Shown here: piece by piece, positions 1 to 13,269 of the stretch
Numbering within the stretch: the first letter of the stretch is position 1
How the letters are laid out: every line of letters starts with the position of its first letter
Assembly: GCA_965112735.1 (NCBI GenBank)
Contig: OZ218959.1
Coordinates: 2,542,001-2,606,000, forward strand
DNA length: 64,000 bases
Origin: Phaeosaccion multiseriatum
Taxonomy: Eukaryota > Protista > Ochrophyta, other classes
Direction of reading: 5' to 3'
Notes under the pieces: generated by a model
The model's input: only the letters and a program-made list of their open reading frames with translations
Databases searched by the model: none
Told to the model about the DNA's origin: nothing
Program-made: the position numbers and the translations under genes

Positions 1-885
1 TGTAATGGTACCTTTCAGAATGTCCGGTGTGGGCTGGGAATTCATAGTGTTCTACTTCGTTTTCAAAGGGGTACTCACTCGAAGAGATTCGGGCGCCGCC
101 CCCCGTCCTAGTTCTATCAACATTGGAGGAAGAAGTAAGATAGCTGCAAGTATTGGAGGGAGAATGGGTAGCAGTAAGGTTCTTCCAGTACATTGGTCAC
201 CGGGATAGGCGTGCAGCTACGGGTGACCTCTTCGTCTTCTCTGTTGGCTTCTGTGTGCTGCTGTGGCACACGCTACCCTGCTGGTCCGAAGGGAAGAGGG
301 AGGAAAGGCCCATGCCGGCGGGGCTCCGTTGGAAGAGGAGGAGGAATGATCCGTTGAGCCATCATTAGGCATGCTCCCCGAGCCGAGTCGGCAGCTCGGT
401 GGGTGCAAGCACAAGAAGAAGTCAAAGGCAGTCAGACTCCGGGCAGGGGGGAGCGGGGGGAGGCGGGGTAGAAACAGCGACCGGCCAGTGTGTATGTATA
501 CGGGCGTGTGTATACTGCTGGTGCTGGCCGTGGGCAAGACCACCCACCCGGCAAGTGGAACACGAGCATCGCGCTCTCCCTTTGCACGCGCCTGAGAAGC
601 CTTTTGAACTTCTGTGTCTTATTGGGGGGCGAGGGCCCTCTAAATAGAGAGACAGGAGAGAGAAGAGAGGGACAGTGGGCGGGGTGGACTGTTCTCCGTC
701 AAAATACACGTCTGCCTGATTTATAGAAGTGGGACCGTGTTGAAATATTTCTTTATTCAAATCACACAACAAGACAGGGCATGAAGTGTTGCCCCGTGGC
801 TGCGGTACACAGCGTGCCACCATCGGCCCCAGACCGTCAGACCGGCCCACCGGGGCTTACCCTGGGGTGGCTCTTCGCTCAATCA

Positions 886-1215
886 GTGAGTGAATGAGTG
901 ACTCAGTGAGTGAGTGAGTGAGTGAGTGAGTGAGTGAGTGAGTGAGTGAGTGGGTGAGTGAGTGAGTGAGTGAGTGAATGAGTGAGTGAGTGAGTGAGTG
1001 AGTGAGTGAGTGAATGAGTGAGTGAGTGAGTGAGTGAGTGAATGAGTGAGTGAATGAGTGAGTGAGTGAGTTCGTGAGTGAGTTCGTTCGTTCGTTCGTT
1101 CGTTCGTTCGTTCGTGAGTTAGTGAGTGAGTGAGTTAGTGAGTGAGTGCGTGAGTGAGTGAGTCAGTCAGTGAGTGAGCGGGTGAGGGAGTGATTGAGTG
1201 AGAGTGAGTCAGTGA
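886..1215. repeat. (GTGA)n microsatellite with an internal (TTCG)n patch
   Basis: Directly visible tandem 4-mers. Confidence 0.95.
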
Positions 1216-1227
1216 GAGAGTATAGTT

Positions 1228-1640
1228 CAGCCCCATGCACGCCTAGCGGTTTTGCTCTAGGCCGCTAGGCCGCTCGGCCTTCGGCCGCCCTAGGCCGCGC
1301 ACTTTTCAGTCCTAGGCGGCCTCTAGCCCGCCTCTAGGGAGCCTCCCAGTGACCGTGGGCGCGTGCGTGGTGCCGCCCAGCCAGTGGATAGCAGCACACC
1401 TGTAGGCCTGCACTCCTCGTAGGGCCAGCAAAGCAACACCAATTCTCCTCCTCCTCCAATCCCCCCTTTTGCTTAAGACTGACTATTCTTTGCACTCTGG
1501 GCACTCCCACCGTCTGCCTAGTTGGCGTCTGCCCTAGGCCGCCTAGGCGGCGGCTTAAAAATAGGCCGAGGGCCTACGGCCCTCGCTAGGCCGGGCAATT
1601 TTCCCAAATAGGCCTAGGCCGCTAGGCGTGCATGGGGCTG
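1228..1640. mobile_element. MITE-like non-autonomous DNA transposon
   Basis: Perfect 22-bp TIRs CAGCCCCATGCACGCCTAGCGG (1228-1249) and CCGCTAGGCGTGCATGGGGCTG (1619-1640). Many internal CCTAG(G) motifs, no ORF, no clear TSD. Confidence 0.8.
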
Positions 1641-2038
1641 ACAACTCGCACACCACCGATCCAACGAAAGAAGAGAGAGAGCAAGAAGCAGAGAGCCAGA
1701 CTTTACCAAAAGCACAAGGAGGAAGGGGGGAGGAGGACTAGGGGCGATGCGGGGTCCGCTTCCTTCGGTGGGCCCATCAGCCACTGATTCCAACCCTCAC
1801 GGCACGACCGCACCGGGAGCCAAGGGAGCCTAGAGGCTGCACCACTCTACACCGCAAGCCAGGGACGGTGCAGGGACAGTGCCGAGGGGGTCCTTCGGGA
1901 GACCTGTCAGCATAAACTGGAAACTGGAAAAAGACAAAGGCCTTCCCCTCTCTCTCTTCTTCCGTCACGGTATTATAATCTTCCGTCCACACACACACAC
2001 ACACGTGTATATTCTAATATGCTACATGTACGACAGCC

Positions 2039-3095
2039 CTACAGCGTCATTGCCTTGCCAAAAGCTAGGCCAGAGGAGGAAGAAGAAGCGGCTAAAGCAC
2101 CCGTAGCGCCAATCTTGGCCCGTTTCCCACCACCACCACCACCACCACCACCAGCAGCAGCAGCGGCAGTAGGGGCAGTGAAGGTGGTGAGCAGGCTCTG
2201 CTGAGCCCTCTTTCTGGGCACGTCTTCTATCGGCTTGAGCGCCGTAAAGCTCGCGTACTTGCCCCCCGGGCCCGAGCCGAGCGAGGTGACCTGCCCACCC
2301 TTCCCTATCCTAACGTTGTGCGACCCCCCCATACCGTCGGGGCCCCTCCGTATGAGAGACGAGGCCTTCTTCTTTTTGGCACTGCTACTGCTACTGCTGC
2401 TGCTGCTCCTCCTGCTGCTGCTGCTGCTACTACTACTGCTGCTCTTGTTTGCGCCTCGGAAGGTGGAGGAAGCCGAGTTTGTGAGCGTGAGAGGAGAGTC
2501 TGCGTTTGGGCATGGGGGAGGGGAAGGGAGGGTAGAAGGGGCGAATCATCACGGGGAGGGGCGGAAGGTATGTGTGTGGACATGCACGAGCAGCAGGAGG
2601 TGTGACGGGGCTAGAGCTGAGGCAAGGGAGGAGGAAGGCACTCCACGGCACTTGGGGGGAGTGTCAAGAAGGAAGAGCCTTACGGAACAGGCGAGCATGA
2701 AGAAAAAGTGGAAACACACGACACTTGACACCTCGCATGGCGCACCATCATTCCTCCTGCCCTCGCTGACGCCAGCACCAACAGACATCACTCACTCACC
2801 GCTGTCAAAGCCCAGCCCAAGGGGCAGAGGAGGCAGGGCAGCTTTCCGCTTCTTACTGCCTCCGCCTCCGCCCCCACCTCCACTCTTGCCACCCGGTGCA
2901 TCAGGCATCGCGAGGGAGGCTGGGTCGTACTGACGCAAGGAGCTGGCGCTCGGCCGATGAAGCGTACTGGTGCCGCCTCGATTCCGCACCATCCCATATG
3001 CCTTCGTGTGCGGTACGAGCTGCCCCAGTACTGTGCTCATGCTCCGGTGTGAGTCTTGGGAGAGCCAATCCTGGTCCTGACCACTCTCTTCGGCC

Positions 3096-3128
<33 letters not shown>

Positions 3129-5269
3129 CCCTCTCGGGCGCCTCCTCCTTCCCTCCTCAGTCCGTCCCGTAGTATTGCGTCCTCAACACCACCCCAGTCT
3201 TCTTGCATCCATCCTCCTCCTCGTCCTCCTCTTGCGCCCCCCCCCCCTCCTCCTCCTCCTCCTCCTCCTGCGTCCCTGTCTCTTCGGGTCGCAAGCTCTT
3301 CTTCCAGCTGCAGGAGATGGTGTTGAAGAGTCTCCCTTTCCTTGGCCAGCTTCCTGTTGTGACGCTTCTCTTTCACCATCGCTCGCTCCAAGTTGCCCTT
3401 CTTGGTCATGAGCCCTTCCAGCAGAGAATGCTGGTCTCTCACCAACGCTTCCCACTTTGTATTAGGTTCATTGCTGCTGCTGCTGCCGCCGCCACTACCG
3501 CCTCTGGCAAGGCTAATACCCGGGCCCTCGCTACTGCAGAGCTCCTCGAGTTTATTGAGCTGAGTCTTACGGTCCAGCTTCTTACGCAATTGCCCCAGTC
3601 CTGCTGGTGCTCCTGTGCCTTCCCCTGCGGTCATTCGGTTCGGTTTGTCCATTCCAGTGCCGCATCAGGGTGGATGTTCCAAACGGCCAATCAAAAGAGA
3701 GAGAGAGAGAGAGAGAAAGAGGAGATAGCAGGCGCGTGAGGCCACAAAGGGAGATAGATACAAGTGCCACTAGCAGCGAAAGGTCAATCACAAGCATATC
3801 AAGGCAGGGAAAGGCTCTGGTCGCGCCGTATCTTCCCGTGTGAGTGAGGTCGATGGGTTTCCTCACCCCATCACACAAAAACAAAACACCAACAACGGCA
3901 ATCTCCGGCCTTCCCTGCGGTCTCCCCTCCCACTATGACACACACAACACACATAAAAACACCCCCCACATAGTTGTACTTCCCCCCCTTCCCCCCTTCC
4001 CAACGAGCTCACCGTCATCTCCCTCCTCTCCGTCCTCCTCCTCCTCCTCCTCCCCCTCCTCCGCCCCCTTGTGCTGCTGCTCCTCCAAGAAGGCTCTCGA
4101 GTACGACCTTCGTGCAGCATCCGCCTCGAGTAAGTTCTGCTCCTTCTTGAGTCTGTCCAGGTCCTCCTTCATGCGTCCCAGCACGCGATTGCGCTGATTC
4201 ACCTCCTTCCTGCTCTGCACCAGCTCCATCTTGAGCTTCTCGGCGGCCTGCGCGTGCTCGCCCAAAGAGAGGGAGAGGGTGAGGTTTTCCTCCGCGACTT
4301 CGTCTTTGAACTCCGCAAAGGCTTTCCTTTCCGCAAGCCGCTGGGTCTGGAGTACCTCAAGCGATCGCTGCAGCTCCGTAAACGCAACCTTCTCAAGAAG
4401 CCAATTTAACGATGGAAGTGATCGGATTGAAAAGAGGGGGCGGTGGGGGGGGGGGAGGTGGTCGGGGCTCGGGTTGGCGATGGCAACACGGGAGTGGAGC
4501 GGTAGTGGTTGCTGACGGAAAGGTTTCACTCGCGCTGTGGTCATAGGTGAAGGCCTTCTCTTGCCTCTGCTGCATGTACCTTGGGAACTGTGGCTGGGGT
4601 TGCTCTCTCAAGGCCTCCTTCCTCTCCTCCTCCTCTTCCTGCCGCTTCTGCTGCTGCTAAGGCTGCCACCGCGCCACTCCCTGTAGGCTTGGGCTCGAAA
4701 AACAGTCTGTGTGACGAGAGAGGAAGGTATAGAGGGGTGTCAAGGATCAAGGGTAACTGAGAGAGCGTATGGTACACGTCGTGGTGACGCAGTTCGTTCG
4801 CCACACTCGCTGGTGCTGCCCCCCACCCCTTGCCCATTCTATTGGGCCCTCCCTCCACGCACCCGATGATGTCCTGGTCGATGACTTTGAAATTGCAGGC
4901 TTTATGGTTTAGATGAGCAAGTGGGACAAGGGGGGGGGGGGGAGGAGGGGCATGGTATTATTTTACACTAGTTGCAAGGCGAATCCATCACTCAAACTAC
5001 TAACCTGGACAGCCCTTCGTCCTGCCATCGGCCAGCCACTTTGCGATACAGTCCCCGTGATACACATGGCCACACGGTAGAGCGGAGAGGACTCCCACGG
5101 AAGGCTGTGGTGACGCGAGGCACGGGCGGGGATTGGGGATTGAGGAGAGAGCAGAGGATGGAGCACAACAGATGGCTCGCAACATCAGCATGGGCCCAAG
5201 TACCTGCAAGCAGATGTTGCAGTCTGGAACTTCAGCAGTCTGGCCACTGCCATTACCATCGTCGCTCAT
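2039..5269 (-). CDS. RING-finger E3 ligase with coiled coil, TRAIP-like (multi-exon; 3' end approximate)
   Basis: Spliced N-terminus MSDDG..CNICL..ALPCGHVYHGDCIAKWL..CP|ACNFK..IIG|LFF. Coiled-coil exons at ~4030-4390 and 2792-3652, low-complexity tail. Confidence 0.7.
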
Positions 5270-5482
5270 TATGGCTAGTGCTTGGCCTTCTCTTTTTTGA
5301 AAAGCAACTGCCACGAACCCTGGCTTGGCTTCATTCTCTGTCTCGCTGCGGCTGCCTCGCCCATCCCCCGCCCCTGCTCCAGAAGTATTGCCTCGTCGCC
5401 TTCTTTGTCCAAGTCTACGCGCTCTGCTGCTGTTGACAATCGCCGATTCGATCGATCAAAAGCGGGTCCCGAAGGAGCTGAA

Positions 5483-6146
5483 ATGCACACGTTGGTGCTG
5501 CGATGCCAAACTCACAGCTGGTTTGGTCTCCGCCTGCCCTTCCTCCCCCTTAAAAGACCACTTGCACTGGCAATTCAAGCCAAGACGACGACTACGAACG
5601 CTGTCCACTGGAGCGTGCCGTGGAGGCTATTGGTGCAACCGCTTTCTTGCCCCCTCCTCCTCCTTCCCCTCCTCCCCTTCCTCCTCCTCTCTCTCCTACC
5701 TCTCCCTGCATCCTCCTTCACCATCTCCTCTACTTCGACACACTCCTCCACCGGCACTACATGCTTTGCTTTACTCACTCACGGTAGGACTAAAATCACC
5801 TGCAGCACCAGCACCAGTAGACTGGGCTTGAGAGTAGGGCGAGTAGCTGGGGAGGAATCAGCAGCGGAGGAGGAGGACGATAGCACGAAGAAGACAAGCC
5901 CAAAGAGGCGGAACAAGCCGCGCAAAGCAAAGCTTCCAAAGAGAAGTGGCGCAGTGGAGGAAGAAGGCGCCACGGTGTCTTCTGCACTCTTGCGGAGGCT
6001 TGGGAGGCGCGTGCTTGGAAACTCCACCTCCGCCTACTCCTCCCTCTCTCCAGCCTCCTCGCCGACTACCCCACCCTTCCCTTCCCCAGCCCTCTCCCGG
6101 CCGGTCAACGCGGCGCCTGCCTCGCTGCGTTCCGTCGACTCTCCGT

Positions 6147-6180
<34 letters not shown>

Positions 6181-7513
6181 GGCAATGGGGAGGCGGTCCA
6201 AGCCAAGTTACTATGCCGTAAAGGTCGGCAGGGGAGGCCCAGCGATTTATCAGACGTGGCCGCAGTGTGAAGCTGCCGTGAAGGGATGGGCTGGGGCCAA
6301 GTACAAGGGGTTCAAGACGCTGGCGGAGGCGCAAACCTTCTCCGGCATTGGCAATGGAGCCCCAGCTGCGGTTGGCAGCGGACCAGCAGGGGCAAGAGGG
6401 GCAGCAGGGGCAGCAGGAGCAGCAGGAGCAGCAAGGGTAGACCTGAAGGCCACATCTGCCAGCAGTAGTACTGCAGCGGGAAGGAAGCGATCCAGAGGTG
6501 GTGGTGGAGGTGGCATCGAAGATGACAGGGTTGGCGACGACACCCCTGTGCCCTCTTCCCTGGAGAGCGAGGCTGTCAAGGCTGCCGACGACAGATTCAG
6601 GGCCGCCCTTGGCGTGGCCAGGGCTGTGGTGGGCGCTGGTAGGGACAGGGAAGCACTAGTCACAGGAAGAGGAGGAGAAGGAAGAGGAGCAGCAGCCGCA
6701 GCAGCAGCAGGAGCAGGAGGAGGAGGAAGATCGTCTCTGGCAGATTTGACCTCCTCAAGGCAGAACACACGACCTTTCTCAAGTTCGGCGGCAGAAAAGC
6801 CTACCAAAAGAAGAAAGGGGGGAGCGGCGGCAGCAGCAGCAGCAGCGGGCGAAGCTGCATCGTCCACCTTTGGCCTCCCCCCTCTGGACGCTGTGGTTAT
6901 GTATTTTGATGGCGGCAGTAGGAACAACCCCGGCCATGCGGGAGCGGGCGCCGTGCTGCGGGTATTGGAAGGCAGCCAGAGGAAGCAAGGGGGAGGGGGA
7001 GGAGCAGGAGGAGGAGGGGAGAGCTCGCTAGAGGGGCCCCTGCTGTGGAAGGGTCACTGCTACGTTGGCAGCCATGGCACCAACAACGAAGCGGAGTATC
7101 AAGGGCTCATTCTCGGCCTCAGAGCAGCGCAGGAGCTACGCAAGAAGCGAGGCTGTGGCAGGCTTGTGGTGAAGGGAGATTCACAAATGATCATTCGGCA
7201 GATGACGGGCGAGTACAGAGTGAATGCCGACAATCTCAAGGGGCTGTACCGGCAGGCACAGGAGGCGGCGGTTGGCTGGGGGTCGCGAGGGGTGGAGTGG
7301 CAGCATGTGGAGAGGGCGTTGAACGTGGAAGCGGACGCCTTGGCGAATTTGGCCATGGATACACGGATGAGTGGCGAGGTGTGGACACAGGGCACAGAAG
7401 AGGAGGAGGAGGAGGAGGAGGAGGAGGGGGAGGAGGAGGAGGAGGAGGAAAGAGGCAACAAGGACAGGGGGCAATTGGGTGGGGATGGCAATGATGCGAT
7501 CGTTATCGACTGA
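5483..7513 (+). CDS. Ribonuclease H1: hybrid-binding (Cauli_VI-type) domain plus archaeal/plant-type RNase HI domain
   Basis: HBD YYAVKVGR..IYQTWPQCEAAVKGWAGAKYKGF. Catalytic motifs FDGGSRNNPG, TNNEAEY, KGDS, NVEADALAN. Start uncertain (ATG 5483 or 6185). Confidence 0.9.
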
Positions 7514-8204
7514 TGCAGAGAAGGAGGATGGCATGCAGGCCAGAGCTTAGCTTCAGTTTCAGTGTCAGTACCTCCAATGTACCTACATCGAGAGGATCGA
7601 CATTGATAACATCAATCCAAACACCGCTGTGTGTGGGCCTCACACGTGAAGGAAGGGAGCGGTGGTGGGCTATGCCGGGAGGGATAGGTCGAGAAATACC
7701 AAGCTGGTACAACACATTAAGAGAAACAATCCATCCCCTTCTCAACCATTTCGTTCTTCGCTTTGTGTTGATTATGTCCATTCGATTGTGATAAGTTTAT
7801 ACATATACACATCCACCCACCCCTTACGTGATGGCTCTTGCCCGCGAATGCTCCACGCTTCACACACAGCCGGCCACAACGCCACGACTCACTCGTCACA
7901 GCCCCTTCCCAAGACGTCGAAGGGCCCCTCCTTTCATTCACTACTAGTCCGTATTTCTCCCCTCCCCCTCTCCTTTCGTATTTAGTTTCAGTTTACTTAC
8001 TCCAGCCCCAAGTGCTGGTTGCCTGTGTTCCTTCTCTTTTCCCCGTACTTTACATACCATTCCGACAAGATGCCCCCTCACATCCAGACAGTGAGTCAGT
8101 GAGTCAGAGAGTGATGTACTTGTACTTGTGTGAGCTTTGTTGCCTGATTGAAGGCCACCCACCCACCTGCTCACCGCCCGCCAGCCTGAACCCTCTGACC
8201 CCTT

Positions 8205-11181
8205 CTACATCCCCAACTCCTCCTGCTCGGCGATGGGTATCCTTCTCCTCCTTGTGATGTATGGGTGCTGCAGGCAAAGGAAATTGGGAGAGGGCACCGA
8301 ATAGGACTGCCCGGAGAATGTCAACATACCCGTCTCGACATTGAACTTGAAAATCGCGATGGTATTGGAATCTTGATTGGCGGCCAGCAGGAAGCGGCCA
8401 CTGGGGTCAAACGCAAAGTGCCTTGGCGTCTCTCCCCGCGTGTGGCAATAGGTGACAATGCTGAGCTTGCCCTCCTCTCCGAATGTGCTCTGATTGCCTC
8501 CCACTCTGAAGACAGCAATCGAGTGATGTCCTCGGTTGGAGACGAGCACGTACTTGCCGGTTGGATCCACGCAGATGCGTCCACACGTGTTCAGTTTGCC
8601 AGGGAAGGCGCTGGGGATGGTCGAGATGCTCTGCACAAAGGAGATAGTGGAGGTGCTGCTTCCGGGCTCCAAAATGGCACCCTACGGGCAAAGAGGAGAC
8701 GGAATATGGAGAGACGATAACACCATTGGGTAATGCGATCCATTACGATGCAGAAGTCAGAAAAGGGCTGGGGCGGTAATCGGGTATATGGGTCAGGGGT
8801 TGCTTGGTTGGCAGCCGGCCGAGGCAACAAGCTCCTCGAGTCAATAGCAATCGGCCATCCAATCCATCCATGATTCCAAGTCCCACCAAGATACCACCAA
8901 GTGTTGAGTGTGAAGAGAAACGGCAACCAAACGAAAAGAGAGAGGGGGGGGGCATGCGGGCATGGATCCTATGCAGCCAAGTGTCCACAAAGGGGGGTCA
9001 CGGCCGCTGGCTTGGCGGAGTGTTCAGGTGACAGCTTGCAGTTTCAGTTTCCCGTACGGACTTCTGACCTGAGCGGCGTCAAACTCGAATACGGAGATGG
9101 TTGAGGAGAGTTCGTTGACAACGTACACGCTGTTGTGGGTGGGGTGAAACTCTGCATTTAGAGAGGCAGTAGAGAGGCGAAGGCGAAGGGGCAGCAAAGG
9201 GCAGCAATCATTCAGAGTGAAGGATGAATGTTAGGATAGTTTACATTTAGAGCACAGAGAGAGAGAGAGAGGGGGAAGAGAAGGGATCTCATGGAGTGTA
9301 AGAAGCCCCGCCTTCTGATGGGCCACATGCACGAGTGTTTCAACACTCTCCTTGTGTGTGAGTGTGTCTCCAGCGAAACCCAAGACCTTCACCCATGGCC
9401 GAAAACTCATGCATGCCCAACTTCCTCATGTTACCACACATCGCAGCAGCAGACGGTCCTCCACCCAGGCTCGAGGGACCACTGACTGGCCTACTACTCA
9501 CTCATTCATCACACCCCAATCCCTCACCGCCCCCCTCCCTCCGTTCTTCCTCCCTCCCCTCCCCTCCCTCCCTCCCTCCCGCCCTCCCCTCCCTCCCCTC
9601 CGTCTCTCCCTCATTCACTCACCAATGTACCGCGGCCCATGGGCCTTGTTCACCTCCTTTGGCCCGCAGGCGATGGTACATGTGGCGTACAGCTGTCCAG
9701 ACACCTCGTCATAGAGATACTGCTTGATGTCATCGTCTCCAAGGTCGGGCACAAAGGCGACCCTGCCCAGGAAAGGATCCAGAATGACGGCGTGGCTGTG
9801 GGGCTCACTGTGTCTGTTGGTCAAGTGCTCGGCCAGAGAGTTGGCGACGACAGGCTTGGGAGGGCGGAGCTTGTGGCTCACGGGTTTGAGCATGCCCGAC
9901 GGCTCGATGGGCATCGTGCCGATCACTGAGAGGGAAGGGGGGGGTAATGGTGGGAATGAGCGATTGAGCGTCGAGTGAGGGGAGAGCGGGGCACAACGTG
10001 CCATCCTCTCGCCAGCCTGGAGATCACCCAAAGTCAAACTACATGTCATCGAGGAGGGAGGAAGCATGTAACGTCTCCCGGCTCGAGGGCTGATGAAGAG
10101 ACGAGCGAGACCAAAGCGAACTCACCGCTATCCCAGTAATTGCAGAACAGTACGTGCTTCTCGACGATGTCTGAAAGTAGCGTGGGAGGGGAAGGAGACA
10201 GAGGGAGGGGAATAGAAAAGATCAGTATGGGAGGCATGAAGCGACGAAGCGAAGAGGAAGAGGAGAGAGCAGCAAAAGGCCACTTACCGACGCTGAGGTA
10301 GCACGTGCTCTTGCCCTCTGCGCTCTGCGTTCCCATGTGTGAGAGGGCGCCGGTAGCTGGAGAGACGGAGAAAGCCGACACTTCGTTGTCTGAGGACAGA
10401 ATCGGAGAGATGGAGGAGCACAGCCAGGCAGGCAGAGAGGTTAGAGTCACTACAGAGAGAGAGAGAAGGAGAGAGAGGCAAAGCGGGCCTGACAGAAGAG
10501 AAAGAGAGGGAGAAGGAGGAAGAGGCAGAGAAAGAGATACCGTAGAGGTGGAAGAGAGGCAAAGTTCACTTCTTTCTGCAAAGTATTGTACTTGTAATAC
10601 CCTCGACGAGTGAGGGAGGGCACTTGCCCCTTTCCCCCTTTCTTACCCTTGGTGATGTCCTCTGAGCAGCAGTACAGGACATTGGTGGATGGATGATACC
10701 TCATAAAGGCCGGGTTGGTCATATGGTCATTGACTGGGGGCAGGAGAATGGGCAACAGGCGGCGGAGGAGGGGAGAGGAGGCGGGTGCATGAGACGCGGC
10801 GAAAGGCAGTCCAGCAGGAACAGCAGCGCACTAGCAAGACCACAAAAGACCCACAAAAGAGCGGCGCTAGCTGATTCCCCATCACCCCTGCCATTATACC
10901 CTCGAGCCCTGCCTCAAAGACACAGGAAAGACCGCCACCCCCCGCCCGCAGACCGAAGAGTGTCCAAGGTGGGCCCTATTCGCACCTGTCAAAAGGGTCA
11001 TGGTCCCAGTCTCTTGGTGCAGCTTGAACACGTACAGCGTTTGGGTGGCCTGCGTGCCTTTCGGCTCGTGGGCAAGCAAGCTGAAGTCGTCGTAAGATGA
11101 CACAAACACGAGGGGGTCTGTTGCGGTTCTCGGCCTCGCCTCCCCCCGTAGAAGGGCTGCCTTGGCGGCCACAGAAGTCAT
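8205..11181 (-). CDS. 6-phosphogluconolactonase-like 7-bladed beta-propeller lactonase (YbhE/Pgl family), multi-exon
   Basis: Motifs EPHSHAVILDP, VPDLGDD, HGPRY, YVVNELS, VLVSNRGHHSI, GETPRHFAFDPSGRFLLAANQDS across GT-AG exons. Confidence 0.85.
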
Positions 11182-13269
11182 TTGGGCCACCTTCCTTGGC
11201 CCGATCAGGCAGGGGCGCGTGAATCCTTCCTGCTGCTTCTATATACTGGTGGGTTGAGGAAGGGTGTGTGTTTTGTTTTGGGTGTTGTTGCTCGTGATCG
11301 AGGTAAGCGAACTTCAATATGGCAAACTCAAACTCAAACTTTGTAACCGTTCCACATCTTCCAACTGTCCCTACGACACAATGGACACAAGACATGGAGC
11401 AAAGCGGCAGATGACACAGCAGCAGCCAGGACGGAGTGAAGAGGTGAAAGTGTGGAAGGAAGGAGGAATTTATCATGGAATTTATACCAGCAGCAGTAGG
11501 CTCCTCCGAGTTGAATGGTGTAGTCCGGGGTGATGCTTGCTGCTTTTGCATCGAGAACAAGTCAAAGCGGAATAAGAAGAAAGGAGAGAAAGAGAGTGGA
11601 GAGGGGGATCGATAGCGCGTGTCTTTAGCGACCGTCGCACTCGCTTTCTGCGCAGCGAATGTGCTCCGGAGAAAGACGCAAGAATCGAAGCGAAGGCCTT
11701 CCTGACAAGCCTCACTTCCGGCGCATTTCGACGTGGAAATGGTCCTCTTGGCTGGGAGCAGGCGAGCCGTTGACGGTGATACCATAGCACTGGTGCTTGT
11801 GCGCCGCCCGATGAACGGGGAGAAGGAGCGCGCGCTTGGCGGACGGATGACGCATTCCAACTGTTGCCGTTATACGTGGAGGAAGGCAGGGAGGATGGGC
11901 GGAGCATCATGAGGCTTTTGTTCTTATTTTCCTCTCGGTAGAGCCTCTGTCGCGATATCCGTGCACACACACACACACACACACAGAGAGAGAGGGGGGG
12001 GCAGACTGAGAGAGAATAGTGAATCGCCGCTGAGGCAAAGAAGTGGGGTGTGTTTCCCTCCGCGGCGGAGGCTGGACAGCGTCCCATGCCGAGCCTGGCT
12101 CACGCAGCTCTTTAGAGCTGCTCGCGTGAAGTGCCATCGCCCCGAGCAGTGCCACTCCCACTCGGCGCTGTCGTGGCGGAGTGACCCATTAACTCGAGCC
12201 CACAGCTACGATGCGTACACGCGGAGAGGACTAGCAGTAGAGGAGTGCCCACTGAAAAAGGAGAGCATATGGAGAAGCTGCAGGGGGGACCACCGACGAG
12301 GCAGCAGGGGAAAGCCTTTGGCAGCTCATGCTACGCATGATTTGGTGAGTGGTGCTCACTTGGACCACGGAGGAGAGGGGCGCAATGCACTTGCCGCTGC
12401 GGAGCCTCTCCCAGAACGAGAAAAGAAGCGCCTGGTACTGCTTCAACAACTGGAGAAGTGGAAGTGTTACACTACCATGCGGGCTTCCGCGACAGCATCA
12501 ATGGCAGAAAGGAGACTCCATCAGAGGCGCCGATACGAATCAGACAAACACAAAACGAGCAATTGTTTCATCCGCTCTTCTTCTGTACTTTGTTAACTAC
12601 TAACATGACAGTTAAGTACGCGCGTGGCCGGGGAAGGGGGGAATTTGGTATCCTCCGTGGCAGACGCGTCAACGTCGATGGGGTCATCAGCCCCACTGCC
12701 GCTCATGTCGCCCGCAGCAGAGACCTGCTTGCCCACGTCGATTTGCCCCCCCTCCTGTTGTTGTGGCAGCCAACACGCAAGAGCGGGCTTGGGGGGAAGC
12801 ATCGGGGGCTTAACGGCCATGGACTACTATTACAGCTGCTTCCCCGCCCGACTCAATGGTATCCAAGCCGCCTTCTCCTCTCCCCCCACCGCCCTGTTCG
12901 CTTGCTGTAGCCCACCTGGTGTTGCCACCTGTTGCGCTTGCTGTGGCCCACCTGGCGTTACCGAGAAGCAGCGTGACGCTCCGCCGCCGCTCTCACGAGG
13001 TCTGAGAGGGAGAAAAAGAAGGGGAGAAAGAAAGAAGAATGAGGCGAGAAAGAGCACACCCTTACCGCAGTTTCTCACCATCTCTCGCTTCTTTCATGAA
13101 GCTGACTCCATTCCTCCTTTGTGTCGGATTTGAGGGTGGGGGGGTTGTAGACTCCAAGAACTAGTGGCCTTGCATGTCCTCACATCCTCAATCGCACATG
13201 TGCAATTCAAAGAGGCGCCCGTCGTCGCGCAAATCCCCTCTGTGTCCTCTACCTACCCAATCGCCCGTC

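Noticed and set aside
1-880. Short overlapping ORFs at the window start
   Set aside because: No motifs or consistent splice pattern
6890-7370. Retroelement-derived RNase H
   Set aside because: No RT, integrase or LTR nearby; HBD + RNase H is the cellular enzyme layout
11900-13260. Possible gene(s), including an intron-like segment at ~13002-13066
   Set aside because: Only short ORFs without recognisable motifs; could not build a consistent model
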